Assembly (NCBI GenBank): GCA_964016885.1
Contig: OZ024745.1
Span: 18,228,001-18,292,000, forward strand
Direction of reading: 5' to 3'
From: Eledone cirrhosa
Taxonomy: Eukaryota
Length of the DNA: 64,000 nt
Below the pieces are notes generated by a model, which saw only the letters and a program-made list of their open reading frames with translations, made no database searches and was not told the origin of the DNA. Shown here in pieces: positions 1 to 12,400 of this stretch. A program made the translations under genes and the position numbers. How positions within the stretch are numbered: position 1 is the stretch's first letter; every line of letters starts with the position of its first letter.

Positions 1-3000
1 GTGTTGGCACAGGGCTAGTTCGTCTGAGTGCAATAACCTTCCCCTAACACCATGTTGGTGTGTGTTGGCACACTGCTAGTTCGTCTGAGTGCAATAACCT
101 ACCCCTAGTACCATGGTGGTGTGTGTGGGCACACTTCTAGTTCGTCTAAGTGCAATAACTTCCCCTAACACCATGGTGGTGTGTGTTGGCACACTGCTAG
201 TTCGTCTAAGTGCAATAACCTTCCCCTAGTGCCATGGTGGTGTGTGTTGGCACACTGCTAGTTCGTCTAAGTGCAATAACCTTCGCCTAGCACCATGGTG
301 GTGTGTGTTGGCACACTGCTAGTTCATCTAAGTGCAATAACCTTCCCCTAGTACCATGGTGGTGTGTGTTGGCACACGGCTAGTTCGTCTGAGTGCAATA
401 ACCTTCCCCTAGAACCATGGTGGTGTGTGTGGGCACACTGCTAGTTCGTCTAAGTGCAATAACCTTCGCCTAACACCATGGTGGTGTGTGTTGGCACACT
501 GCTAGTTCGTCTAAGTGCAATAACCTTCCCCTAGTACCATGGTGGTGTGTGTTGTCACACGGCTAGTTCGTCTAAGTGCAATAACCTTCCCCTAATACCA
601 TGGTGGTGTGTGTTGGCACACGGCTAGTTCGTCTGATCGCAATAACTTTCTCCTAGTACCATGGTGGTGTGTGTTGGCACACTGCTAGTTCGTCTAAGTG
701 CAATAACCTTCCCCTAACATCATGGTGGTGTGTGTGGGCACACTGCTAGTTCGGCTAAGTTCAATAACCTTCCCCTAACACCATGGTGGCGTGTGTTGGC
801 ACACTGCTAGTTCGGCTAAGTGCAATAACCTTCCCCTAACACCATGGTGGTGTGTGTTGGCACACTGCTAGTTCGTCTAAGTGCAATAACCTTCCCCTAA
901 CACCATGGTGGCGTGTGTTGGCACACTGCTAGTTCGTCTAAGTGGAATAACCTTCCCCTAGTCCCATGGTGGCGTGTGTTGGCACACTGCTAGTTCGTCT
1001 AAGTGCAATAACTTCCCCTAACACCATGGTGGTGTGTGTTGGCACACGGCTAGTTCGTCTAAGTGCAATAACCTTCCCCTAGTACCATGGTGGTGTGTGT
1101 TGGCACACGGCTAGTTCGTCTGAGTGCAATAACCTTCCCCTAGTACCATGGTGGTGTGTGTTGGCACACAGCTAGTTCGTCTGAGTGCAATAACCTTCCC
1201 CTAATACCATGGTGGTGTGTGTTGGCACACTGCTACTTCGTCTAAGTGCAATAACCTTCCCCTAACACCATGGTGGTGTGTGTTGGCACACTGCTAGTTC
1301 GGCTAAGTGCAATAACCTTCCCCTAACACCATGGTGGTGTGTGTTGGCACACTGCTAGTTCGTCTGAGTGCAATAACCTTCCCCTAACACCATGGTGGTG
1401 TGTGTTGGCACAGGGCTAGTTCGTCTGAGTGCAATAACCTTCCCCTAACACCATGTTGGTGTGTGTTGGCACACTGCTAGTTCGTCTGAGTGCAATAACC
1501 TTCCCCTAGTACCATGGTGGTGTGTGTTGGCACACTGCTAGTTCGTCTGAGTGCAATAACCTTCCCCTAGAACCATGGTGGTGTGTGTGGGCACACTTCT
1601 AGTTCGTCTAAGTGCAATAACTTCCCCTAACACCATGGTGGTGTGTGTTGGCACACTGCTAGTTCGGCTAAGTGCAATAACCTTCCCCTAGTGCCATGGT
1701 GGTGTGTGTTGGCACACTGCTAGTTCGTCTAAGTGCAATAACCTTCGCCTAGCACCATGGTGGTGTGTGTTGGCACACTGCTAGTTCATCTAAGTGCAAT
1801 AACCTTCCCCTAGTACCATGGTGGTGTGTGTTGGCACACGGCTAGTTCGTCTGAGTGCAATAACCTTCCCCTAGAAACATGGTGGTGTGTGTGGGCACAC
1901 TTCTAGCTCGTCTAAGTGCAATAACTTCCCCTAATACCATGGTGGTGTGTGTTGGCACACGGCTTGTTCGTCTGAGCGCAATAACTTTCCCCTAGCACCA
2001 TGGTGGTGTGTGTTGGCACACGGCTAGTTCGTCTGAGCGCAATAACTTTCCCCTAGTACCATGGTGGTGTGTGTTGGCACACTGCTAGTTCGTCTAAGTG
2101 CAATAACCTTCCCCTAACACCATGGTGGTGTGTGTGGGCACACTGCTAGTTCGGCTAAGTGCAATAACCTTCCCCTAACACCATGGTGGCGTGTGTTGGC
2201 ACACTGCTAGTTCGGCTAAGTGCAATAACCTTCCCCTAACACCATGGTGGTGTGTGTTGGCACACAGCTTGTTCGTCTGAGTGCAATAACCTTCCCCTAA
2301 TACCATGGTGGTGTGTGTTGGCACACTGCTAGTTCGTCTAAGTGAAATAACCTTCCCCTAGTACCATGGTGGTGTGTGTTGGCACACTGCTAGTTCATCT
2401 AAGTGCAATAACCTTCCCCTAATACCATGGTGGTGTGTGTTGGCACACTGCTACTTCGTCTAAGTGCAATAACCTTCCCCTAACACCATGGTGGTGTGTG
2501 TTGGCACACTGCTAGTTCGGCTAAGTGCAATAACCTTCCCCTAACACCATGGTGGTGTGTGTTGGCACACTGCTAGTTCGGCTATGTGCAATAAACTTCC
2601 CCTAACACCATGGTGGTGTGTGTTGGCACACTGCTAGTTCGGCTAAGTGCAATAACCTTCCCCTAACACCATGGTGGTGTGTGTTGGCACACTGCTAGTT
2701 CGTCTGAGTGCAATAACCTTCCCCTAACACCATGGTGGTGTGTGTTGGCACACTGCTAGTTCGGCTAAGTGCAATAACCTTCCCCTAACACCATGGTGGT
2801 GTGTGTTGGCACACTGCTAGTTAGCCTAAGTGCAATAACTTCCCCTAACACCATGGTGGTGTGTGTTGGCACACTGCTAGTTCGTCTGAGTGCAATAACC
2901 TTCCCCTAACACCATGGTGGTGTGTGTTGGCACACTGCTAGTTCGGCTAAGTACAATAACTTTCCCCTAACACCATGGTGGTGTGTGTTGGCACACTGCT

Positions 3001-6000
3001 AGTTCGGCTAAGTACAATAACTTTCCCCTAACACCATGGTGGTGTGTGTGGGCACACTTCTAGTTCGTCTAAGTGCAATAACTTCCCCTAATACCATGGT
3101 GGTGTATGTTGGCACACGGCTAGTTCGTCTGAGTGCAATAACCTTCGCCTAGCACCATGGTGGTGTGTGTTGGCACACTGCTAGTTCGTCTGAGTGCAAT
3201 AACCTTCCCCTAACACCATGGTGGTGTGTGTTGGCACAGGGCTAGTTCGTCTGAGTGCAATAACCTTCCCCTAACACCATGTTGGTGTGTGTTGGCACAC
3301 TGCTAGTTCGTCTGAGTGCAATAACCTACCCCTAGTACCATGGTGGTGTGTGTGGGCACACTTCTAGTTCGTCTAAGTGCAATAACTTCCCCTAACACCA
3401 TGGTGGTGTGTGTTGGCACACTGCTAGTTCGTCTAAGTGCAATAACCTTCCCCTAGTGCCATGGTGGTGTGTGTTGGCACACTGCTAGTTCGTCTAAGTG
3501 CAATAACCTTCGCCTAGCACCATGGTGGTGTGTGTTGGCACACTGCTAGTTCATCTAAGTGCAATAACCTTCCCCTAGTACCATGGTGGTGTGTGTTGGC
3601 ACACGGCTAGTTCGTCTGAGTGCAATAACCTTCCCCTAGAACCATGGTGGTGTGTGTGGGCACACTGCTAGTTCGTCTAAGTGCAATAACCTTCGCCTAA
3701 CACCATGGTGGTGTGTGTTGGCACACTGCTAGTTCGTCTAAGTGCAATAACCTTCCCCTAGTACCATGGTGGTGTGTGTTGTCACACGGCTAGTTCGTCT
3801 AAGTGCAATAACCTTCCCCTAATACCATGGTGGTGTGTGTTGGCACACGGCTAGTTCGTCTGATCGCAATAACTTTCTCCTAGTACCATGGTGGTGTGTG
3901 TTGGCACACTGCTAGTTCGTCTAAGTGCAATAACCTTCCCCTAACACCATGGTGGTGTGTGTGGGCACACTGCTAGTTCGGCTAAGTTCAATAACCTTCC
4001 CCTAACACCATGGTGGCGTGTGTTGGCACACTGCTAGTTCGGCTAAGTGCAATAACCTTCCCCTAACACCATGGTGGTGTGTGTTGGCACACTGCTAGTT
4101 CGTCTAAGTGCAATAACCTTCCCCTAACACCATGGTGGCGTGTGTTGGCACACTGCTAGTTCGTCTAAGTGGAATAACCTTCCCCTAGTCCCATGGTGGC
4201 GTGTGTTGGCACACTGCTAGTTCGTCTAAGTGCAATAACTTCCCCTAACACCATGGTGGTGTGTGTTGGCACACGGCTAGTTCGTCTAAGTGCAATAACC
4301 TTCCCCTAGTACCATGGTGGTGTGTGTTGGCACACGGCTAGTTCGTCTGAGTGCAATAACCTTCCCCTAGTACCATGGTGGTGTGTGTTGGCACACAGCT
4401 AGTTCGTCTGAGTGCAATAACCTTCCCCTAATACCATGGTGGTGTGTGTTGGCACACTGCTACTTCGTCTAAGTGCAATAACCTTCCCCTAACACCATGG
4501 TGGTGTGTGTTGGCACACTGCTAGTTCGGCTAAGTGCAATAACCTTCCCCTAACACCATGGTGGTGTGTGTTGGCACACTGCTAGTTCGTCTGAGTGCAA
4601 TAACCTTCCCCTAACACCATGGTGGTGTGTGTTGGCACAGGGCTAGTTCGTCTGAGTGCAATAACCTTCCCCTAACACCATGTTGGTGTGTGTTGGCACA
4701 CTGCTAGTTCGTCTGAGTGCAATAACCTTCCCCTAGTACCATGGTGGTGTGTGTTGGCACACTGCTAGTTCGTCTGAGTGCAATAACCTTCCCCTAGAAC
4801 CATGGTGGTGTGTGTGGGCACACTTCTAGTTCGTCTAAGTGCAATAACTTCCCCTAACACCATGGTGGTGTGTGTTGGCACACTGCTAGTTCGGCTAAGT
4901 GCAATAACCTTCCCCTAGTGCCATGGTGGTGTGTGTTGGCACACTGCTAGTTCGTCTAAGTGCAATAACCTTCGCCTAGCACCATGGTGGTGTGTGTTGG
5001 CACACTGCTAGTTCATCTAAGTGCAATAACCTTCCCCTAGTACCATGGTGGTGTGTGTTGGCACACGGCTAGTTCGTCTGAGTGCAATAACCTTCCCCTA
5101 GAAACATGGTGGTGTGTGTGGGCACACTTCTAGCTCGTCTAAGTGCAATAACTTCCCCTAATACCATGGTGGTGTGTGTTGGCACACGGCTTGTTCGTCT
5201 GAGCGCAATAACTTTCCCCTAGCACCATGGTGGTGTGTGTTGGCACACGGCTAGTTCGTCTGAGCGCAATAACTTTCCCCTAGTACCATGGTGGTGTGTG
5301 TTGGCACACTGCTAGTTCGTCTAAGTGCAATAACCTTCCCCTAACACCATGGTGGTGTGTGTGGGCACACTGCTAGTTCGGCTAAGTGCAATAACCTTCC
5401 CCTAACACCATGGTGGCGTGTGTTGGCACATTGCTAGTTCGGCTAAGTGCAATAACCTTCCCCTAACACCATGGTGGTGTGTGTTGGCACACAGCTTGTT
5501 CGTCTGAGTGCAATAACCTTCCCCTAATACCATGGTGGTGTGTGTTGGCACACTGCTAGTTCGTCTAAGTGAAATAACCTTCCCCTAGTACCATGGTGGT
5601 GTGTGTTGGCACACTGCTAGTTCATCTAAGTGCAATAACCTTCCCCTAATACCATGGTGGTGTGTGTTGGCACACTGCTACTTCGTCTAAGTGCAATAAC
5701 CTTCCCCTAACACCATGGTGGTGTGTGTTGGCACACTGCTAGTTCGGCTAAGTGCAATAACCTTCCCCTAACACCATGGTGGTGTGTGTTGGCACACTGC
5801 TAGTTCGGCTATGTGCAATAAACTTCCCCTAACACCATGGTGGTGTGTGTTGGCACACTGCTAGTTCGGCTAAGTGCAATAACCTTCCCCTAACACCATG
5901 GTGGTGTGTGTTGGCACACTGCTAGTTCGTCTGAGTGCAATAACCTTCCCCTAACACCATGGTGGTGTGTGTTGGCACACTGCTAGTTCGGCTAAGTGCA

Positions 6001-6276
6001 ATAACCTTCCCCTAACACCATGGTGGTGTGTGTTGGCACACTGCTAGTTAGCCTAAGTGCAATAACTTCCCCTAACACCATGGTGGTGTGTGTTGGCACA
6101 CTGCTAGTTCGTCTGAGTGCAATAACCTTCCCCTAACACCATGGTGGTGTGTGTTGGCACACTGCTAGTTCGGCTAAGTACAATAACTTTCCCCTAACAC
6201 CATGGTGGTGTGTGTTGGCACACTGCTAGTTCGGCTAAGTACAATAACTTTCCCCTAACACCATGGTGGTGTGTGT
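1..6276. repeat. Higher-order duplication, 3227-bp period (53 monomers): 1-3049 repeated at 3228-6276
   Basis: Private variants recur at +3227: AACCTACCCC (A at 101/3328), GTCTGATCGC (631/3858), AGTGAAATAA (2341/5568). The match ends at 3050/6277. Differences were seen at 720/3947 and 2204/5431. Confidence 0.93.
844..900 (+). other. Representative 57-nt micro-ORF present in most monomers (MVVCVGTLLVRLSAITFP*); translation unproven
   Basis: acc ATG GTG GTG TGT GTT GGC ACA CTG CTA GTT CGT CTA AGT GCA ATA ACC TTC CCC TAA. There is A at -3 and G at +4. The ORF is directly visible; the confidence refers to it being functional. Confidence 0.15.
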
Positions 6277-9200
6277 TGGCACACTGCTAGTTCGGCTAAG
6301 TGCAATAACATTCCCCTAGTACCATGTTGTTGTGTGTTGGCACACTGCTAGTTCGTCTGAGTGCAATAACCTTCCCCTAACACCATGGTGGTGTGTGTTG
6401 GCACACTGCTAGTTCGGCTAAGTGCAATAACCTTCCCCTAACACCATGGTGGTGTGTGTTGGCACACTGCTAGTTCGGCTAAGTACAATAACTTTCCCCT
6501 AGTACCATGGTGGTGTGTGTTGGCACACTGCTAGTTCGTCTAAGTGCAATAACCTTCCCCTAACTCCATGGTGGTGTGTGTTGGCACACTGCTAGTTCGG
6601 CTAAGTGCAATAACATTCCCCTAGTACCATGTTGTTGTGTGTTGGCACACTGCTAGTTCGTCTGAGTGCAATAACCTTCCCCTAACACCATGGTGGTGTG
6701 TGTTGGCACACTGCTAGTTCGGCTAAGTGCAATAACCTTCCCCTAACACCATGGTGGTGTGTGTTGGCACACTGCTAGTTCGGCTAAGTGCAATAACCTT
6801 CCCCTAGCACCATGGTGGTGTGTGTTGGCACACTGCTAGTTCGTCTGAGTACAATAACCTTCCCCTAACACCATGGTGGTGTGTGTTGGCACACTGCTAG
6901 TTCGGCTAAGTGCAATAACCTTCCCCTAACACCATGGTGGTGTGTGTCGGCACACTGCTAGTTCGGCTAAGTGCAATAACTTCCCCTAACACCATGGTGG
7001 TGTGTGTTGGCACACTGCTAGTTCGTCTAAGTGCAATAACCTTCCCCTAACACCATGGTGGCGTGTGTTGGCACACTGCTAGTTCGTCTAAGTGCAATAA
7101 CCCTCCCCTAGTCCCATGGTGGCGTGTGTTGGCACACTGCTAGTTCGTCTAAGTGCAATAACTTCCCCTAACACCATGGTGGTGTGTGTGGGCACACGGC
7201 TAGTTCGTCTAAGTGCAATAACCTTCCCCTAACACCATGGTGGCGTGTGTTGGCACACTGCTAGTTCGTCTAAGTGCAATAACTTCCCCTAACACCATGG
7301 TGGTGTGTGTGGGCACACGGCTAGTTCGTCTAAGTGCAATAACCTTCCCCTAACACCATGGTGGTGTGTGTTGGCACACTGCTAGTTCGTCTAAGTGCAA
7401 TAACTTCCCCTAACACCATGGTGGTGTGTGTGGGCACACGGCTAGTTCGTCTAAGTGCAATAACCTTCCCCTAACACCATGGTGGCGTGTGTTGGCACAC
7501 TGCTAGTTCGTCTAAGTGCAATAACCCTCCCCTAGTCCCATGGTGGCGTGTGTTGGCACACTGCTAGTTCGTCTAAGTGCAATAACTTCCCCTAGTACCA
7601 TGGTGGTGTGTGTTGGCACGCTGCTAGTTCGTCTGAGTGCAATAACCTTCCCCTAACACCATGGTGGTGTGTGTTGGCACACGGCTAGTTCGTCTGAGTG
7701 CAATAACCTTCCCCTAGTACCATGGTGGTGTGTGTTGGCACACAGCTAGTTCGTCTGAGTGCAATAACCTTCCCCTAATACCATGGTGGTGTGTGTTGGC
7801 ACACTGCTACTTCGTCTAAGTGCAATAACCTTCCCCTAACACCATGGTGGTGTGTGTTGGCACACTGCTAGTTCGGCTAAGTGCAATAACCTTCCCCTAA
7901 CACCATGGTGGTGTGTGTTGGCACACTGCTAGTTCGGCTATGTGCAATAAACTTCCCCTTAACACCATGGTGGTGTGTGTTGGCACACTGCTAGTTCGGC
8001 TAAGTGCAATAACCTTCCCCTAACACCATGGTGGTGTGTGTTGGCACACTGCTAGTTCGTCTGAGTGCAATAACCTTCCCCTAACACCATGGTGGTGTGT
8101 GTTGGCACACTGCTAGTTCGGCTAAGTGCAATAACCTTCCCCTAACACCATGGTGGTGTGTGTTGGCACACTGCTAGTTAGCCTAAGTGCAATAACTTCC
8201 CCTAACACCATGGTGGTGTGTGTTGGCACACTGCTAGTTCGTCTGAGTGCAATAACCTTCCCCTAACACCATGGTGGTGTGTGTTGGCACACTGCTAGTT
8301 CGGCTAAGTACAATAACTTTCCCCTAGTACCATGGTGGTGTGTGTTGGCACACTGCTAGTTCGGCTAAGTGCAATAACCTTCCCCTAACACCATGGTGGT
8401 GTGTGTTGGCACACTGCTAGTTCGGCTAAGTGCAATAACCTTCCCCTAACACCATGGTGGTGTGTGTTGGCACACTGCTAGTTCGGCTAAGTACAATAAC
8501 TTTCCCCTAGTACCATGGTGGTGTGTGTTGGCACACTGCTAGTTCGTCTAAGTGCAATAACCTTCCCCTAACACCATGGTGGTGTGTGTTGGCACACTGC
8601 TAGTTCGGCTAAGTGCAATAACATTCCCCTAGTACCATGTTGTTGTGTGTTGGCACACTGCTAGTTCGTCTGAGTGCAATAACCTTCCCCTAACACCATG
8701 GTGGTGTGTGTTGGCACACTGCTAGTTCGGCTAAGTGCAATAACCTTCCCCTAACACCATGGTGGTGTGTGTTGGCACACTGCTAGTTCGGCTAAGTGCA
8801 ATAACCTTCCCCTAACACCATGGTGGTGTGTGTTGGCACACTGCTAGTTCGTCTGAGTACAATAACCTTCCCCTAACACCATGGTGGTGTGTGTTGGCAC
8901 ACTGCTAGTTCGGCTAAGTGCAATAACCTTCCCCTAACACCATGGTGGTGTGTGTCGGCACACTGCTAGTTCGGCTAAGTTCAATAACTTCCCCTAACAC
9001 CATGGTGGTGTGTGTTGGCACACTGCTAGTTCGTCTGAGTGCAATAACCTTCCCCTAACACCATGGTGGTGTGGGTTGGCACACGGCTAGTTCGGCTAAG
9101 TGCAATAACTTTCCCCTAGTACCATGGTGGTGTGTGTTGGCACACTGCTAGTTCGTCTAAGTGCAATAACCTTCCCCTAACACCATGGTGGTGTGTGTTG

Positions 9201-9497
9201 GCACACTGCTAGTTCGGCTAAGTGCAATAACCTTCCCCTAACACCATGGTGGTGTGTGTTGGCACACTGCTAGTTCGTCTAAGTGCAATAACCTTCCCCT
9301 AACACCATGGTGGTGTGTGTTGGCACACTGCTAGTTCGTCTAAGTGCAATAACCTTCCCCTAGTACCATGGTGGTGTGTGTTGGCACACTGCTAGTTCGT
9401 CTGAGTTCAATAACCTTCCCCTAACACCATGGTGGTGTGTGTTGGCACACTGCTAGTTCGGCTAAGTGCAATAACCTTCCCCTAACACCATGGTGGC

Positions 9498-12400
9498 GTG
9501 TGTTGGCACACTGCTAGTTCGTCTGAGTGCAATAACATTCCCCTAGTACCATGTTGTTGTGTGTTGGCACACTGCTAGTTCGTCTGAGTACAATAACTTT
9601 TCCCTAGTCCCATGGTGGCGTGTGTTGGCACACTGCTAGTTCGTCTGAGTGCAATAACCTTCGCCTAGCACCATGGTGGTGTGTGTTGGCACACTGCTAG
9701 TTCGTCTAAGTGCAATAACTTCCCCTAACACCATGGTGGTGTGTGTTGGCACACTGCTAGTTCGGCTAAGTGCAATAACCTTCCCCTAACACCATGGTGG
9801 TGTGTGTTGGCACACTGCTAGTTAGCCTAAGTGCAATAACTTCCCCTAACACCATGGTGGTGTGTGTTGGCACACTGCTAGTTCGTCTGAGTGCAATAAC
9901 CTTCCCCTAACACCATGGTGGTGTGTGTTGGCACACTGCTAGTTCGGCTAAGTGCAATAACATTCCCCTAGTACCATGTTGTTGTGTGTTGGCACACTGC
10001 TAGTTCGTCTGAGTGCAATAACCTTCCCCTAACACCATGGTGGTGTGTGTTGGCACACTGCTAGTTCGGCTAAGTACAATAACTTTCCCCTAGTACCATG
10101 GTGGTGTGTGTTGGCACACTGCTAGTTCGTCTAAGTGCAATAACCTTCCCCTAACACCATGGTGGTGTGTGTTGGCACACTGCTAGTTCGGCTAAGTGCA
10201 ATAACATTCCCCTAGTACCATGTTGTTGTGTGTTGGCACACTGCTAGTTCGTCTGAGTGCAATAACCTTCCCCTAACACCATGGTGGTGTGTGTTGGCAC
10301 ACTGCTAGTTCGGCTAAGTGCAATAACCTTCCCCTAACACCATGGTGGTGTGTGTTGGCACACTGCTAGTTCGGCTAAGTACAATAACTTTCCCCTAGTA
10401 CCATGGTGGTGTGTGTTGGCACACTGCTAGTTCGTCTAAGTGCAATAACCTTCCCCTAACACCATCGTGGTGTGTGTTGGCACACTGCTAGTTCGGCTAA
10501 GTGCAATAACATTCCCCTAGTACCATGTTGTTGTGTGTTGGCACACTGCTAGTTCGTCTGAGTGCAATAACCTTCCCCTAACACCATGGTGGTGTGTGTT
10601 GGCACACTGCTAGTTCGGCTAAGTGCAATAACATTCCCCTAGTACCATGTTGTTGTGTGTTGGCACACTGCTAGTTCGTCTGAGTGCAATAACCTTCCCC
10701 TAACACCATGGTGGTGTGTGTTGGCACACTGCTAGTTCGGCTAAGTGCAATAACCTTCCCCTAACACCATGGTGGTGTGTGTTGGCACACTGCTAGTTCG
10801 GCTAAGTGCAATAACTTTCCCCTAGTACCATGGTGGTGTGTGTTGGCACACTGCTAGTTCGTCTAAGTGCAATAACCTTCCCCTAACACCATGGTGGTGT
10901 GTGTTGGCACACTGCTAGTTCGGCTAAGTGCAATAACCTTCCCCTAACACCATGGTGGTGTGTGTCGGCACACTGCTAGTTCGGCTAAGTGCAATAACTT
11001 CCCCTAACACCATGGTGGTGTGTGTTGGCACACTGCTAGTTCGTCTAAGTGCAATAACCTTCCCCTAACACCATGGTGGCGTGTGTTGGCACACTGCTAG
11101 TTCGTCTAAGTGCAATAACCCTCCCCTAGTCCCATGGTGGCGTGTGTTGGCACACTGCTAGTTCGTCTAAGTGCAATAACTTCCCCTAACACCATGGTGG
11201 TGTGTGTGGGCACACGGCTAGTTCGTCTAAGTGCAATAACCTTCCCCTAACACCATGGTGGTGTGTGTTGGCACACTGCTAGTTCGTCTAAGTGCAATAA
11301 CTTCCCCTAACACCATGGTGGTGTGTGTGGGCACACGGCTAGTTCGTCTAAGTGCAATAACCTTCCCCTAACACCATGGTGGCGTGTGTTGGCACACTGC
11401 TAGTTCGTCTAAGTGCAATAACCCTCCCCTAGTCCCATGGTGGCGTGTGTTGGCACACTGCTAGTTCGTCTAAGTGCAATAACTTCCCCTAGTACCATGG
11501 TGGTGTGTGTTGGCACACTGCTAGTTCGTCTGAGTGCAATAACCTTCCCCTAACACCATGGTGGTGTGTGTTGGCACACTGCTAGTTCGTCTGAGTGCAA
11601 TAACATTCCCCTAGTACCATGTTGTTGTGTGTTGGCACACTGCTAGTTCGTCTGAGTACAATAACTTTTCCCTAGTCCCATGGTGGCGTGTGTTGGCACA
11701 CTGCTAGTTCGTCTGAGTGCAATAACCTTCGCCTAGCACCATGGTGGTGTGTGTTGGCACACTGCTAGTTCGTCTAAGTGCAATAACTTCCCCTAACACC
11801 ATGGTGGTGTGTGTTGGCACACTGCTAGTTCGGCTAAGTGCAATAACCTTCCCCTAACACCATGGTGGTGTGTGTTGGCACACTGCTAGTTAGCCTAAGT
11901 GCAATAACTTCCCCTAACACCATGGTGGTGTGTGTTGGCACACTGCTAGTTCGTCTGAGTGCAATAACCTTCCCCTAACACCATGGTGGTGTGTGTTGGC
12001 ACACTGCTAGTTCGGCTAAGTGCAATAACATTCCCCTAGTACCATGTTGTTGTGTGTTGGCACACTGCTAGTTCGTCTGAGTGCAATAACCTTCCCCTAA
12101 CACCATGGTGGTGTGTGTTGGCACACTGCTAGTTCGGCTAAGTACAATAACTTTCCCCTAGTACCATGGTGGTGTGTGTTGGCACACTGCTAGTTCGTCT
12201 AAGTGCAATAACCTTCCCCTAACACCATGGTGGTGTGTGTTGGCACACTGCTAGTTCGGCTAAGTGCAATAACATTCCCCTAGTACCATGTTGTTGTGTG
12301 TTGGCACACTGCTAGTTCGTCTGAGTGCAATAACCTTCCCCTAACACCATGGTGGTGTGTGTTGGCACACTGCTAGTTCGGCTAAGTGCAATAACCTTCC

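Noticed and set aside
874-875. Methylation-driven CpG decay or RIP signature
   Set aside because: CG>CA and CG>TG alleles exist but are minor. The CpG is retained in most units and many variants are transversions.
858-880. tRNA/SINE-like Pol III A and B boxes (TGGC...GTTCG)
   Set aside because: GTTCG is not followed by the ANNC of a B box, the spacing is too short, and no cloverleaf can be formed.
895-900. Telomeric repeat CCCTAA (TTAGGG on the minus strand)
   Set aside because: Only one hexamer per monomer, never tandem, and often CCCTAG. This is not enough to call telomeric or subtelomeric DNA.
842-902. Satellite-encoded hammerhead ribozyme as in newt or schistosome satellites
   Set aside because: The CUGANGA and GAAA core motifs are not present in the consensus on either strand; CTGAGTG is only a partial match in one allele. 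An Infernal/Rfam scan of a trimer would settle it.
842-902. G-quadruplex array
   Set aside because: The plus strand has only three GG runs per unit and the minus strand one GGGG plus GG runs, so there is no canonical four-tract G3 motif.
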